A DNA stretch of 64,000 bases. It comes from Podarcis muralis (Eukaryota). A model generated the notes under the pieces. The model was not told the DNA's origin and did not search any database. It was given only the letters and a program-made list of their open reading frames with translations. Where the stretch lies: NCBI RefSeq assembly GCF_964188315.1, contig NC_135661.1:81716001-81780000 (forward strand), written 5' to 3'. Position numbers and translations under genes: made by a program. Shown one piece after another: positions 24,521-36,647 of this stretch (within the stretch, counting starts at the first letter, position 1; each line of letters starts with the position of its first letter).

Positions 24521-25209
24521 CAAGTTGGAAAGGCTATAATCAAACAAATATCCTCTCCTGCATCCCTGAATATTCCCACATGTGCCCACTCCTGCCACTG
24601 AAAAAGCAAACTTACCAAGTTTGTGGTCTCTTTCTATGCTGAGGGCAGTGGGGAGCTTTGGAAGCAACCAAGAAGGGGATATTTTAAAGGTCCAGCTGCC
24701 TATATTTCCATGCTTTACTTCGCTGCATGTTTAGTGATTTTAAATCTCTGCTGGAGCTCTCTCACCAAAGACGACTTGCCCCAAACCTGGATCTAGGCAT
24801 CCAGTGAATTCTCCTTTTTATTATACAGGGTGAGTCCTGTGGATACAGAGCACACATGTTCTATGGGCCTCTTTTAAAAGACTCACCCTGTATGACCAGT
24901 ATTTATCCATCTCAGCCAAATTACTAAAATTCCCACCCAGAAAACTCAACATTCACCACCCACAATCCCTCGGCAAGCAGGGATGTTTGTGAAAGCCTCT
25001 CCATCTTAAGACGGGAGCAGGGTCACGAGGAAGCAGACTCTCCTTCCGATGCTGATTTGTTGTGTCTGCTCATTCGAAGCGAGGGCTAGGATTTGCAGAA
25101 GGACAGGCCTTGAAGGAAGGAGGGTCCATTTTGATGGAGAATATGATATCCCCACTTCAGATGCGCTGAAATGAGCACATCTCCTCTGAAAAGGGATGAG
25201 CGATGAGGG

Positions 25210-25299
25210 TCAAGGAGACGACCCAACAGAGGGGACTTCCGATGGGTTTTGTCTGAACATCAACTCGTTGTAGACGTTCTGATCTCCATGCTGCAGACT
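25210..25299 (-). CDS. Gene C terminal exon, ITAM second half (SLQHGDQNVYNELMFRQNPSEVPSVGSSP*)
   Basis: ttctttag|AGT, phase 0, 90 nt to TGA. Confidence 0.8.
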   Translation of the reverse strand, partial: SLQHGDQNVYNELMFRQNPSEVPSVGSSP

Positions 25300-25538
25300 C
25301 TAAAGAAGAAATGGAGGCAGTGCATCAGGTGACATGATTGATGTTTGTGCCTGGGAGGAGGGAAAGATAAGAAATCCCATCCTCTGACCAGCTCTCAGAG
25401 ACACAAGAGCCCATCTCTCCTTTGCATCTAGGCTCCCTGGAGTGCACCCAGCACCACCTCCAAAATTATTGCCTAATATTGGCTTCTTCCGGGTCTTTTC
25501 TGAAGGGTAAATCATGAAGAGCTCCTGCCAATGCTTAC

Positions 25539-25580
25539 CTCGTATACCTGGTCAGGAGCAGAGGAACTGTTGGGCACGAC
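25539..25580 (-). CDS. Gene C 42-nt cytoplasmic exon, ITAM first half (VVPNSSSAPDQVYE)
   Basis: ttccag|GTC...GAG|gtaagc; phase 0-0; same length as the paralogous exons in A, B and Z. Confidence 0.82.
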
Positions 25581-25959
25581 CTGGAATTAATTAAAAATGG
25601 TTGAAAGTCATTTATTGGTTCAAATGCCCGCTCAGCCATGAAGCTTATTGGGTGACCAGCTACTGCAGCCATGTCCAAAGTCTATTTCAGGGACCTAATC
25701 TGGCCCACCGGTCGATTTAATTCAGCCCCCGTGGCAGTATATGTCCTGGGATTAAATCCTTAAAAAAGGTCAACAACTTCAATCCTAAAAAGAGTTTGGG
25801 CACTCCTGAGCTACTGTCTCTTAGCCTAAGCTTTGTGTTAATGTAGCACCTGAAAAATCACTGTGGGGTGGGGATTATCATGTGATACATTTGTTACTAT
25901 GCATTTTAATAAATACATATCTTCCTGTTCAAAGTTGGTAAATTCCCCTGGGCAAGGAC

Positions 25960-26335
25960 TGTTATGCTCTCGACAGCACCTCAAAATCTGAAAGCCAATG
26001 TTGAATAGTTGTCAGGGACGGTGCTGAGGAGGGCTGCACTGAGGAAGAATGGTGGGAGTCTCCCCTTCCCCCTGATCCTGAAACTTCCCAGGAGCAGGAG
26101 GACAGTATAGATTTGGAACAGCGGTTTGCGGAGGGACATAGTTCAAATGGCAGAAGCTGGGAGATACTGGATGGGGAACAGCTAGCAGAAGAAACACTGG
26201 AAGAGAGAGGGTTAACAGATTCGCAGTCTGTGGACAGCATTCACCCACCTTCCCCAAAGACACGGAGAGCTCAGAAAGTGGCAGAAGAGAAAGTGCAGAG
26301 GGTACAACCTCAGATTACAAGACGTAGGAGGGATG
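25960..26335 (+). mobile_element. LTR-like repeat fragment
   Basis: Related, in opposite orientation, to 34800-35130; begins TGTTATG. Confidence 0.45.
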
Positions 26336-26513
26336 CAGATTAATGGGGGGGGGTGACCCTTAATTGGGAGCACCACCATTTCTAGGTAGACGTATTCTTT
26401 TCTCTCTCGCTGTGATTATTAAAGAATCTAACTGGTAAGACGTTCCTTTCGTTTGATCTTATTTACTGCCACAGGGGAGGAAGCTGATTCCCCAAAGCCT
26501 TTGTGTCGCCCAC

Positions 26514-26608
26514 TTGAGGCCTCACGTTTTGAGCAGGGGAGATGTTCTCATATAACGGTGTTACGGAGATGACCTGGGTGGGTGTCCCGTGGCTCTTACG
26601 ATGGACGC
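26514..26608 (-). CDS. Gene C first cytoplasmic exon (CVHRKSHGTPTQVISVTPLYENISPAQNVRPQ)
   Basis: tttctcag|GC, phase 1-0, 95 nt (alternative in-frame donor at 26526); YENI is homologous to YEND/YENV of B and A. Confidence 0.8.
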
Positions 26609-27021
26609 CTGAGAAAGGGAGGAGGTTCAGAGTCAAATGTTAACATCCAATAATAATACAATAATAATAATATTCCTGCATTGCAGCGGGTTGGACTGGA
26701 TGATCCTCAGGGTCCCTTTCAACTCTACTGATCTATGATTCTGTGCTTCATGACGCTTGCTTGCAATCTGCTGCCTGTCAGTGTTGACCGTCCTGAGCTA
26801 GATGGACCACTAGCATGATCTCCTAGGTTCCTAGGAGCAGTTTTTACAGGGTCTCCAAAGGGTCTAAGGAAAGGGGTGGATTTTAAGCCTACAAACATAT
26901 CTCCTTCCTTAATACGTGGGAGACTCCAGGTTCCCCATCTCCTTCCTGCTCTGGACATGAACCATCATTTCTTTCTCACGACTGGGAGTCTTGTGCTCCC
27001 AGGTTCCAGTGTGTTACTCAC

Positions 27022-27120
27022 AGAGAAAAAAGTAAAGCAGAAACCCAGCTCCGACGAGTACCAGCAGAATCACAATGATGACGATGGTGGCCACCACACT
27101 TTTTGAAGGGTTGACTGGGC
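27022..27120 (-). CDS. Gene C transmembrane exon (GPVNPSKSVVATIVIIVILLVLVGAGFLLYFFL)
   Basis: ccgcag|GC...T|gtgagt; 99 nt, phase 1-1; strongly hydrophobic and uncharged. Confidence 0.85.
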
Positions 27121-27278
27121 CTGCGGAGAATATTTTTAGGAACTTCAGTTGCTAGGTGAAATCCATCCCTTGATCTGAAAGGAGCAAGGTTAGCACCTCT
27201 GCTTGCTGCTCAGAACTGGAAATGTAAGAGTTCCCTCCCTCAGTACTTGGAGGTCAAACTATTGCTCTGAGTTCCCAC

Positions 27279-27398
27279 CTGTTTCTGTATCAGTGAAGTT
27301 ATTTTCTTTGTGTAGATCTGATAGTTCCTCTGTCGTTGATATTATGGTCCTGGTCTCAGTTTGTGAATACATTGAGAAGAAGATGAAATGGGTGGCAG
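27279..27398 (-). CDS. Gene C candidate signal-completion/stalk exon (AATHFIFFSMYSQTETRTIISTTEELSDLHKENNFTDTET)
   Basis: ctgcag|CT...ACAG|gtggga; 120 nt, phase 1-1, open; hydrophobic start, S/T/E-rich remainder, NFT sequon. Confidence 0.55.
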
Positions 27399-28319
27399 CT
27401 GCAGGGTGGGTGCCAGGAGTCCAGGTTCCGGCGTAAGCATAGGTAATTAAAAAGGAGTAAGTATAGGTAATTAATAAGGAGGATTTATTGTAAAAACTAA
27501 CAGATAACTCTGGACAGCTCTAACGAAGCAGCCGACATTATTACTCAAGATGACACTTCTGAAGACTCCTTCCGGTTCCTACAGAAGATATTGAACTTTC
27601 GCACCTTAAGAGTCTTGTTTTGCTTCCTGTCTAGCAGCCCTCCCATTCGCCAACTCTTCAGACTTATTGGATTAGCTCCAGCCTCTTCCCATTCTGACAG
27701 ACTATCTCTGTGTCTGCTTGCATCTGTTTGAACTTCCTGAGAGCTTTGGCTGTATTCTAGCCCACTCTCCGTTGTTCCCTTGGCAACCGGCATTTCAATG
27801 TCCAAGGGAGTCGCACTGGACACTCGCCACTGTTCAGCCTGCGTCAGATCTAACCCTCTCTTTTCTGCAGCTAGCTGTAAAGTTCCACTAGGAGCTGGCT
27901 CATTCCTGACAGTGGGGATGGACAGAGAAAAGGACCATTAACTTCAAGGAAACGGAAGAGGACTTGGGCCCCCTCCAGACTAGGGATAAGCAAATACTTC
28001 CATTTCTGTTTCTCATTTTTTCCAATCTTGGGTGGGGTTCAGTTCTCCACATTCGTTTGAAAGTTATAGAAAAGAAAATACACCTCCTGGTGAAAATCCA
28101 TTAACGTTTTAGGAGTGAATTTCTTCCAATATACATGTAATTTTGCCTGAGACATACGCTTTTACAAAGCAACTTTCCCTAAAAATGTAGAGACTGAAAA
28201 GAGAACTCAGCTCTGGGTGAATAAAAGGAACACACTGAAGGCGTCCCCCTAAAAGATGAGAAACTAGGGGGGGGAAACATACCTAAGATGGTTATGTTTA
28301 TATTCCGTTTCACATCCCA

Positions 28320-28990
28320 GAAATTATTATTTTTTAATGATTTTTCAAGTTTATACATTTCCATAAATTTACAGTCATTTTAACACTTCAAAACTCGACT
28401 CACTTCCCCCTCTTTCTGCGGTTCCATAAATTTATTTTTAACATCTTCTGCATACCCAAATTAATTTAATTTGTTCATTTATTCATCTACTTTAAATATA
28501 TACTCTTATGAAACTGCAGGTTATTACAATAATCCTGCCAATGTTCTTATCTGTTTAAAATTTCTCTGTAAATATTCAACAAACTATTTCCATTCTTTTA
28601 TTAAAAGTTTGTTATCTGGATTTCTTATTCTTCCGGTAAGTTTTGCCATTTCTGCATATTCCATAAGTTTTTGTATCCATTCTTCCTTTGGTGGGACTTC
28701 TACTTCTTTCCATTTTGGGGCAAGTAACATTCTTGCCGTTGTAGTAGCATGCATGAATAAGTTTCTATACAGTTCAGGTAGTTCTGTCCCTATAATTCCC
28801 AAAAGAAAAGTTTCTGGGTTTTTTATATTTATTTTTTACAAACATTATTTTAAACATCCTTTTCAATCCATTACATATCATTTCCCAGCAAGCTTTAACC
28901 TTCCTACAAAACTACCACATATGATACAAAGAACCTTCTTTCTATTTACATTTTCAACAATAATTTGATTTAGATTTATACATTTTTGCC
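28320..28990 (-). mobile_element. L1 3' fragment
   Basis: EEWIQKLMEYAEMAKLTGRIRN. Confidence 0.78.
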
Positions 28991-29011
28991 AATTTGCACG
29001 GTGTTAGATAC

Positions 29012-29769
29012 CATTGATATATCATTTTCATAACAGCCCAGAAATTCTTGCATTTATGGTGTATATGTTCCAGAGTCACTTAGCCTTAAATCCCCAGTTT
29101 CCCACCCAATGAAGGCAGATACATTTTCCTGTCCGCAGCAGAGGTTCCGCTATCCAAACGCTTGCCATGTGAAAATTCACTTATCCAAACGTGAGGCATT
29201 AGTACCCAACCTGGCTATATACACTGCAGATTCAGATATCCAAACAGCTGGACCCACATGCATCCTTAAACAACCTTTTGGGGGTTTCTCCCTGGTCCAT
29301 GGCAGGTGTTTCGCCAGAAACCATGGTGGGAGGGAGGAAGGGCAAGAGATCGGTCAAATTAGAGAGCATTTTGCCCTTCCTCATTTGCCCCTTGCAAGGT
29401 TTCAGAGGGTATCCCCAGGTTTCCCATCACCATTTAGGGGTAAGAATTTCATGGTTGGGAATGCAATAGAAATTTCCCCATAGGAAATCGTTGACTTGCA
29501 AACAGTCACCTAACAAAAGGATTTCCTGAGGACGCATTGTGTTTGGATAGCAAGAGCTGCGTATATATGGCACCTGATAAGAGATAAAAACCCAATTTCT
29601 CTCATCAATTGTCCCTTGGTCCCAGAGCAGATAGTAAGTTGCTTTAGGTCAGTACCTTCTGTTGTGAAGACGGCAGTCTGTGATTCTGGAGAATTTCCTT
29701 CAGTCGTGAAGGGCCTTCCAAGACTGTCCTGGGCTTGAGTCATCAGGAAGCAAGAACTCAGGATGAAAT
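29012..29769 (-). pseudogene. Gene C disrupted IgV exon
   Basis: Begins gacag|AT TTC ATC CTG AGT TCT TGC like the paralogs; 1-nt frameshift at the C-strand Trp, ~420-bp insertion, 27-nt deletion of the DCSLRIT segment, premature TAA after DSGTYTP. Confidence 0.85.
29135..29558. mobile_element. Non-autonomous TIR element inserted in gene C IgV exon
   Basis: CAGC...GCTG ends flanked by CG/CG; internal inverted GCTATCCAAAC (29149) / GTTTGGATAGC (29541); exon homology resumes on both sides. Confidence 0.6.
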
Positions 29770-29959
29770 CTGTCGGGTGGAGAAGAAGGAAAAAAATATG
29801 GACCACCTCTCTCCATATTAACCGACCCGGACCCTGAGATCATCTTCTGAGGCCCATCTTCGTTGGCCTCCTTTGTGAGAGGGTGGCAACACCAGGGCCT
29901 TTTCTGCAGTGGCTCCACGTTTGTGCAATGATCTCCCCAGGGAGGTTTGGCCAGCGCCT

Positions 29960-30270
29960 TCATTATACACCTTTAGGTGCCAGGCAAAAATATTCCTCTT
30001 TAACCAGGACTTTGGTTGATTGACGTTCAGTGCCCTTTTAAAATGCAGAGGGCCTTCTCGGTAGTGGCACCCGCCCTGGGTAGTGGCACCGCCCTCCCAC
30101 CAGGTGTCAAAGAGCAAAACAACTACCAGACTTCCCCCCCAAGGCAGCCCTGTTTAGGGAAGCTTTTAATGTTTAATAGATTATTGTATTTTAATATTTT
30201 GTTGGAAGCCGCCCAGAGTGGCTGGGGAAACCCAGCCAGATGGGCAAGGTACAAATACTAAATTATTATA
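29960..30270 (+). mobile_element. L2 3' fragment
   Basis: CAGAGGGCCTTCTCGGTAGTGGCACC...GCCGCCCAGAGTGGCTGGGG. Confidence 0.75.
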
Positions 30271-31526
30271 ATTTTATTATTATTTGGTTGGCATTTTGTA
30301 CACACCAGCAACATGTCCTGGACTGCCCCTGCACCCAAGAATTGTTCCGCAAACAATAAGTGCAGCCCTTTATTGGGCAAGCGAGTCAGTTCTTTTTCCT
30401 GGCAGCTCAGCCTCAGCCGCCTTCTGGGGCATGAAAAAAGGGGAAACGTTCTGGCACTTCCCCTTCCAAGACCCTCCCACGCTTCTAGGTAAGTAAACAG
30501 TAGCGTAAAGGGGCCCAGTGAAGGAGGTCTGCGCCCCTGTCTGTGCTCACCCCCTTCAGGGACCTCAGGATGAGTCCTTTCTACTCACAAGGACCGCATC
30601 TCATTGGGTACCCAGGTTCCTCCTCCAACAGTTTTGCCTCTCCATCCCTGGCTCAGAAAGGACCAGAGCCTGGTCCTCTGGTGTTCAGCGTTCAAAATTC
30701 CAATTGTTCCAGGCACACTTTGCGACAGGGAATTTCATCAGCACGAGCAGTTTCTGAGCTCTGGGGGCAGTACTGCGCCAAAGATTTCAGATTAAAACTG
30801 CAGCGGGGAGGAAAGGAGTGTCCTTTTCTGCCTCCCCACTTCCAGCTACTCTCTAAAGACGGAAAAGATACCCTCTTAAGAATATTAAGGGGGTGGGCAG
30901 GGGAAGGACTAGACCATGTGAAATACGAACATAATGTTTTAGCTGCAGTTTGTTCATTTTCAGCTTTGTATTTTTGTTATTAAAAAAAGCATGCCTAGGC
31001 ATTCTGTTGTTGTGCCCATAACCTAGGCTTAAACTGCCATTTAGCTCCTAGCTTTCATATCTCTAATACCACTGGTGCTACCCTCAGAGCTCCTTCTTGA
31101 GAAGTCTCTGAGGTCACGATCCTACCCCCAGCTCAGCTGCGTGTAAGCTTCTTTCATTCCAAAAGGAGTTTTTATGCCCTCTTCCAGGGCTCTTACCAGC
31201 AACCCCTTTGGAAATGGGGTCCGGATTCTGCATCCTAGTAGGTAGGAAACCGAGGTGTACAACAAGGTGGTCCCTAGCAGGCCTTTTGCATATAAATGCA
31301 TGTTTAATAAGGCATTTTCACTCAAAATGACACCATCCTCTAATTCGAATTCTTGAGAACTGCACCACCACAACATTTGGAGAAGGATGAAATCGGGTGC
31401 AGAGTTAGGTTTCGACATCTGCATTAGTGGGAGAGATGCAGATCTGTACTAAAAGACCAAATTCTTCCAGCCATCCTCAACTCCCCCCAGATAAGTCCTC
31501 TCCATTGCAGGGTGCTGACCTCTCAC

Positions 31527-31587
31527 CTGCTAAGAGCAGCATCTTCCAGGAGACCTTCCAGCCTCGAGTTCTGCGTGGCCTGTCCAT
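31527..31587 (-). CDS. Gene C leader exon (MDRPRRTRGWKVSWKMLLLA)
   Basis: ATG at 31587, donor GCAG|gtgaga, 61 nt, phase 1; paralog of the gene B leader. Confidence 0.8.
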
Positions 31588-31894
31588 CGTGTGGGTGTCC
31601 TTCTGTGGGTGCTCTCTGTCCCTTCACAGCTAGTGTTCTGGGGTCTTTCTCTACTCCTTGCCTAGCACCTGGTTCCAGCACCACTGCTGGCTCTGAGCAA
31701 GTCTCCAATCAGACGGGAACTTGGCCGCTGAATTTTCAGCACTGGGTTTTCCCCCTAGGGTTGGAAACCATCCAAACCAAGCTCTTTCGTACACTTCCTC
31801 CTATGCCCTTATCAGGCAAGCCATTCCTGGAACTTCTCACCCAAATATGTAACTTGGCAGGACCCATCTCTCTGCGTTGGGAGCAAAGAAAAAA

Positions 31895-32635
31895 AATGAG
31901 AGGCACAAATACAAGATGGATGACACCTGGCTTGAGAGCAGTACATGTGAAAAGGATCTAGGAGTCTTGGTTGACCACAAACTTGACATGAGCCAACAGT
32001 GTGATGCGGCAGCTAAAAAAGCCAATGCAATTCTGGGCTGCATCAATAGGAGTATAGCATCTAGATCAAGGGAAGTAATAGTGCCACTGTATTCTGCTCT
32101 GGTCAGACCACACCTGGAGTACTGTGTCCAGTTCTGGGCACCACAGTTCAAGAAGGACACTGACAAACTGGAACGTGTCCAGAGGAGGGCAACCAAAATG
32201 GTCAAAGGCCTGGAAACGATGCCTTATGAGGAACGGCTAAGGGAGCTGGGCATGTTTAGCCTGGAGAAGTGGAGGTTAAGGGGTGATATTATAGCCATGT
32301 TCAAATATATAAAAGGATGTCATATAGAGGAGGGAGAAAGGTTGTTTTCTGCTGCTCCGGAGAAGCGGAGACGGAGCAATGGATCCAAACTACAAGAAAG
32401 AAGATTCCACCTAAACATTAGGAAGAACCTCCTGACAGTAAGAGCTGTTTGACAGTGGAATTTGCTGCCAAGGAGTGTGGTGGAGTCTCCTTCTTTGGAG
32501 GTCTTTAAGCAGAGGCTTGACAACCATATGTCAGGAGTGCTCTGATGGTGTTTCCTGCTTGGCAGGGGGTTGGACTCGATGGCCCTTGTGGTCTATTCCA
32601 ACTCTATGATTCTATGATTCTATTCTATGATTCTA
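31895..32635 (+). mobile_element. CR1 LINE 3' fragment
   Basis: [33 protein letters not shown]...; (ATTCTATG)n tail. Confidence 0.92.
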
Positions 32636-32924
32636 AGATGTGATCTGAGATGAATGCATAAGGAGTTGGCAACTTTAGGGTTCATTACAGAAGAGGTTCG
32701 AAACAGTGATCTCCAAACCAGTCCAGACCTGAGACTTAGATTTAGATTTCCAACCATGAATTGGGGCCCTACTTTCAAATTCTTAGTTTTCATTTAGGCT
32801 TAATAGTGCTGGCGTTTAAACCCGCATCACGACCTAAGGCATTGGCATATTATTTTTTGCAGCAGGAGTGAGCCCATATTTCATGCACTGTTGGTCAAAC
32901 TCCTGAGCACTTAACAACAACAAC

Positions 32925-33420
32925 AACAACAACAATTTATTTATACCCCGCCCATCTGGCTGGGTTTCCCCAGCCATTCTGGGCGGCTCCCCGCAGAATA
33001 TTAAAAACACGATAAAACATCGAACACTAAAAGCTTCCCTAAACAGGGCTGCCTTCAGATGTCTTCTAAAAGTTGGATAGTTGTTCATTTCTTTGACATC
33101 TGATGGGAGGGCATTTCACAGGGTGGACGCAACTACCGTGAAGGCCCTCTGTCTGGTTCCCTGTAACCTCACATCTCGCAATGAGGGAACCGCCAGAAGG
33201 CCCTCGGAGCTGGACCTCAGTGTCCAGGATGAACGATGGGGTTGGAGACACTCCTTCAGGTATACTGGGCTGAGGCCGTTTAGGGCTTTAAAGGTCAGCA
33301 CCAACACTTTGAATTGTGCTCGGAAACGTACTGGGAGCCAATGTAGGACTAGTGTTATATGATCTCGGTGGCTGCTCCCAGTCACCAGTCTAGCTGCCAC
33401 ATTCTGGATTAGTCGTAGTT
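32925..33420 (-). mobile_element. L2 3' fragment
   Basis: LHWLPVRFRAQFKVLVLTFKAL. Confidence 0.85.
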
Positions 33421-33599
33421 CCCTTTCAGTTTTCGTAACCTCTGCTTGATTTCCTTTGGTTTTCTTGTGGTTGATGGAGCAAGAGGGCACACTTGCATTG
33501 CCATTTAGGCCCGGGTGTTAACCAAAAAAGACTTTCTTTGGCTTTCTAACACTTTCACTGCCTCTTTTCATTCTCTGTTACTACAGCTCCCCTCCCCTG

Positions 33600-33960
33600 C
33601 TCAACTCAGATTCTCTTGCTGCCTCCTCCTCCTGGGCTTGACTTAAGCGGGATGCTCTCGCCAGCAGGACCAGGATGCCTGGGTTCCTTCAACGCCTCCC
33701 CCTCCTCCTCCTGCGGTAGGAGGCTGGGTGGGGCAGCCCTGCTGTCCCAGAGACAGCTAGCTCCCCTCCTTCCTTCCTTCTTTCCCTCTCTCTGTCCAGT
33801 TACTGCTAATGGGTGGGGGCAGAGAGGAGTGCAAAGGCTTTGGTGCTGCAGATGATGGATGGCAGAGGGGAATGCGGAAGGGCGGGCTGGGGACACGGCA
33901 AATGAATCAGGCTGGGGAGTGGAGAAACTTCCTCTGACTGCAGCCAGGAAAAGGGCCAAT
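33600..33960 (-). promoter_or_regulatory. Paralogous promoter/5'UTR block upstream of gene C
   Basis: Shares GATGCCTGGGTTCC and GGAGGCTGGGTGGG blocks with the 60430-60570 region of gene A. Confidence 0.45.
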
Positions 33961-35453
33961 CAGATACAGATACTTTGTTCTTCTTCCAAAGATCACATGC
34001 CAGGGGTGGGTGGAATGTGAGGCTGTACCTGGAGGTATATTCTGGCCACCCTCCCTCCCTTCCTAGAACCATAGAATTGTAGAGTTGGAAGGGACCATGA
34101 GGGTCATGTCAGAACTTCCATACGACCGAGCTGTAATGGCTCTCCTCCTCGCCGTATCTTCGGAATCCATCGACCTCTGCTCTGACGGTGATTAACGACC
34201 TAAGCCTTTAATGAGGCTTCAGGCACGCTCCCCATTCTGCAGGGTACCCAAACAGCAGCAGCAGGAGCCGAAATATGTGCTACATTGCTACGTTTATTTC
34301 TATCTACTTATGACAGAAAAGAATATGCATCTGCTCTCTGTGAGAGCCAGCGAACAACAGGACAAAGAAGCAGGAAACCAGTAACATCAACATCCGTCTC
34401 CCGTGAGACTTCCAACGGTCTGGAATGTCAACAGAGTCTTGTGACTCCAAAAACTGCACAGTGCCATAACAGAAATCTACCAGTTGATCCACTCCAACCC
34501 TCTGCAATGTGGGAATCTTTCGCCCAAGCTGGGGCTCGAACCCATGACCCTGCCAGGCTTCAGGGAATCGGCTCCACCCCCCCCTGGCAGTAGATAAGCA
34601 GAACAAAGGGAAAGGAGTCTTCTTACCAGTTAGAACTTGAATGATCACAGTGAGAGAACAAAGAATCAATTTCCTAGGAATGAAGGCGCTCCCAATTAAG
34701 GGTTCCACCCTCTTCCTCCCTAGTCACCCATGTCACTACCGCGTTTTGCAACTGGATCTCGCAGCCACTGTGCTTTCTGTGCTGCCACCTTATCGGCTCT
34801 TTTTGACCTTGGGCTGATCAGATGGATGCTTTCCAGCGACATTGAGCCTGTCAACTCTCTCTCCCCTAGTTCTCCTCCTCCTAGCTGTTCGCCACCCAGT
34901 ACTTCCTAGCTTCTGCCTTTTGAACTTTGTCCCTCTACAAACCGCTGTTCCAAATCTATACTGTACTCCTGCTCCTGGGAAGATTCAGGATCCTGATCAG
35001 GAGCAGGGGGAGGGGGGCTCCCACCATTCCTTCTCCATGCAGCCCTCCTCAGCACGGTCCCTGACAGACCCTGAGATTAAGAGTCTGACTGGGCTATCCT
35101 CCTTCCTCCCTCCCTTCCTTTCACAGTATTTATATAATGCTCAGTTGTAATAAATGGCTCAGAGGTTTTAATAAACATTAAGGACTGCCTTAATTCATGC
35201 ATTCCTGCCTGATCCTGGAGATCTTTGGAAGAGTCTCTGTTCCATGTGGTTCCCCCATGGCTCAGAGAGACACACTTTCAATGCTAGGCCCAGGGAACTC
35301 CCTCCCACATGAGGCCAGGCAGATGTTCTTTCAACTGAACTTCAGGTGCATGGCAAAGACTTTTCTTCTTCTTCCACAGGGATTTCAAGGTAGTGTTTTG
35401 GTACTTAGGATTGATTATTATTATTATTATTATTTTGCTCTCTGTATGGTTTA

Positions 35454-35697
35454 CAGTCATACCTTGGGTTGAAGTAGCTTCGGGATGAATATTTTTGGGT
35501 TGTGCTCTGCGGCGACCCGGAAGTAATGGAGTGCGCTACTTCCAGGTTTCGCCGCTCGCGCATGCGCAGACACTCAAAATGATGTCACGCGCATGTGCGG
35601 AAGCAGCGAAACGCGACCTGCAGACGTGTCTTATGTTTATTTCAGGATGCGAACACGGCTCCAGAACGGATCCCGTTCGTATCCAGAGGTACCACTG
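35454..35697. mobile_element. Tc1/mariner-type MITE
   Basis: TA|CAGTCATACCT...GAGGTACCACTG|TA. Confidence 0.82.
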
Positions 35698-36647
35698 TAT
35701 TTATATGTACACCACTTAGAAGTGAGGGATATTAAGCAGTAAACAAATGTCTTCAAGATGTAAATCAGAGGTTTCTTCTGCACACACACAGTTCCAACCT
35801 CCATCCATGAAGCAGAAGGCTTCATCACAGCTCAAGGCAACGACACTTGAGGAGGCCAAGGATCAGGACCTGACAAGGTTCTCCTTGGCTGGATTAGATA
35901 CAAGCAAGGGGAGAAACTTGATACATGGGGAAAGTTGGTTTGTAAGCGGGAAGAAGAAATCAGCAACAGAGCAGGGGTGTGTTTGTGGTCCTAGGCTCCT
36001 CCAGGTATTGTGGGACTCCAGCTCCCATCAGCCCCAAGCAGCATGGTGGGGGTTCATGAGAGGTTGAGCCCAGCAATATTTGGTCTGCTGAATACTGGTG
36101 TTGCGGAGCACAGATGGACAGGGCTGAAGTGGTGTTCCTAAGGCAAGTTCAGTTTGCACTGAAGGCAAATATATCAAATGTGCAAATTTCCCGAACAACA
36201 TGGGAACAAAAATGCAGGCATCCTACAGAATTCACACTCACCTGAATCTTGCAACGCCGTTCTGCAACCAGCTGATGCATACAAGCATGTATATTTTACG
36301 GGAAAGTGTGAGTAATAAGGAATATAGTAATGAAAACGACAGGAAAAGATGCATCACATTCAGAGAAAGTGCTTGCAAAAATTTGAACGCTAGTCAAATG
36401 CATACGTAATGTGTTTATTAAGAGAGGCGTACACAAAAAGGTTGATGAATTTTCATGGCTATTCCTCGCCTGTTCAGCATTAATCCTTTAGTCTCACGAG
36501 ATGCAATTCTGTTTGGCCTTTCCAGAGAGAACTTCCTTTGTGTCTCTGTCTCAGTATCTGCAAGTCTTTCCCAACGTGAGAGTCCCTTGGGGACCAAGGC
36601 TGGCTCTTTTCTTCAGAACAAGGACTAGGATTTCCAGAAGGACCTGG

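Noticed and set aside
26725-26958. Candidate cytoplasmic exon after the gene C TM
   Set aside because: In the required phase it stops after six codons; the homologous YENI exon is at 26514-26608.
25210-27120. Gene C as the DAP12 (TYROBP) or FcR-gamma ortholog
   Set aside because: The TM lacks the acidic Asp, and the cyt1 and 42-nt exons are clear paralogs of those in genes A, B and Z.
27545-27870. 92-aa ORF between the gene C exons as an additional exon
   Set aside because: No phase-compatible splice sites; it looks like a retroelement 5'/ORF1-like fragment.
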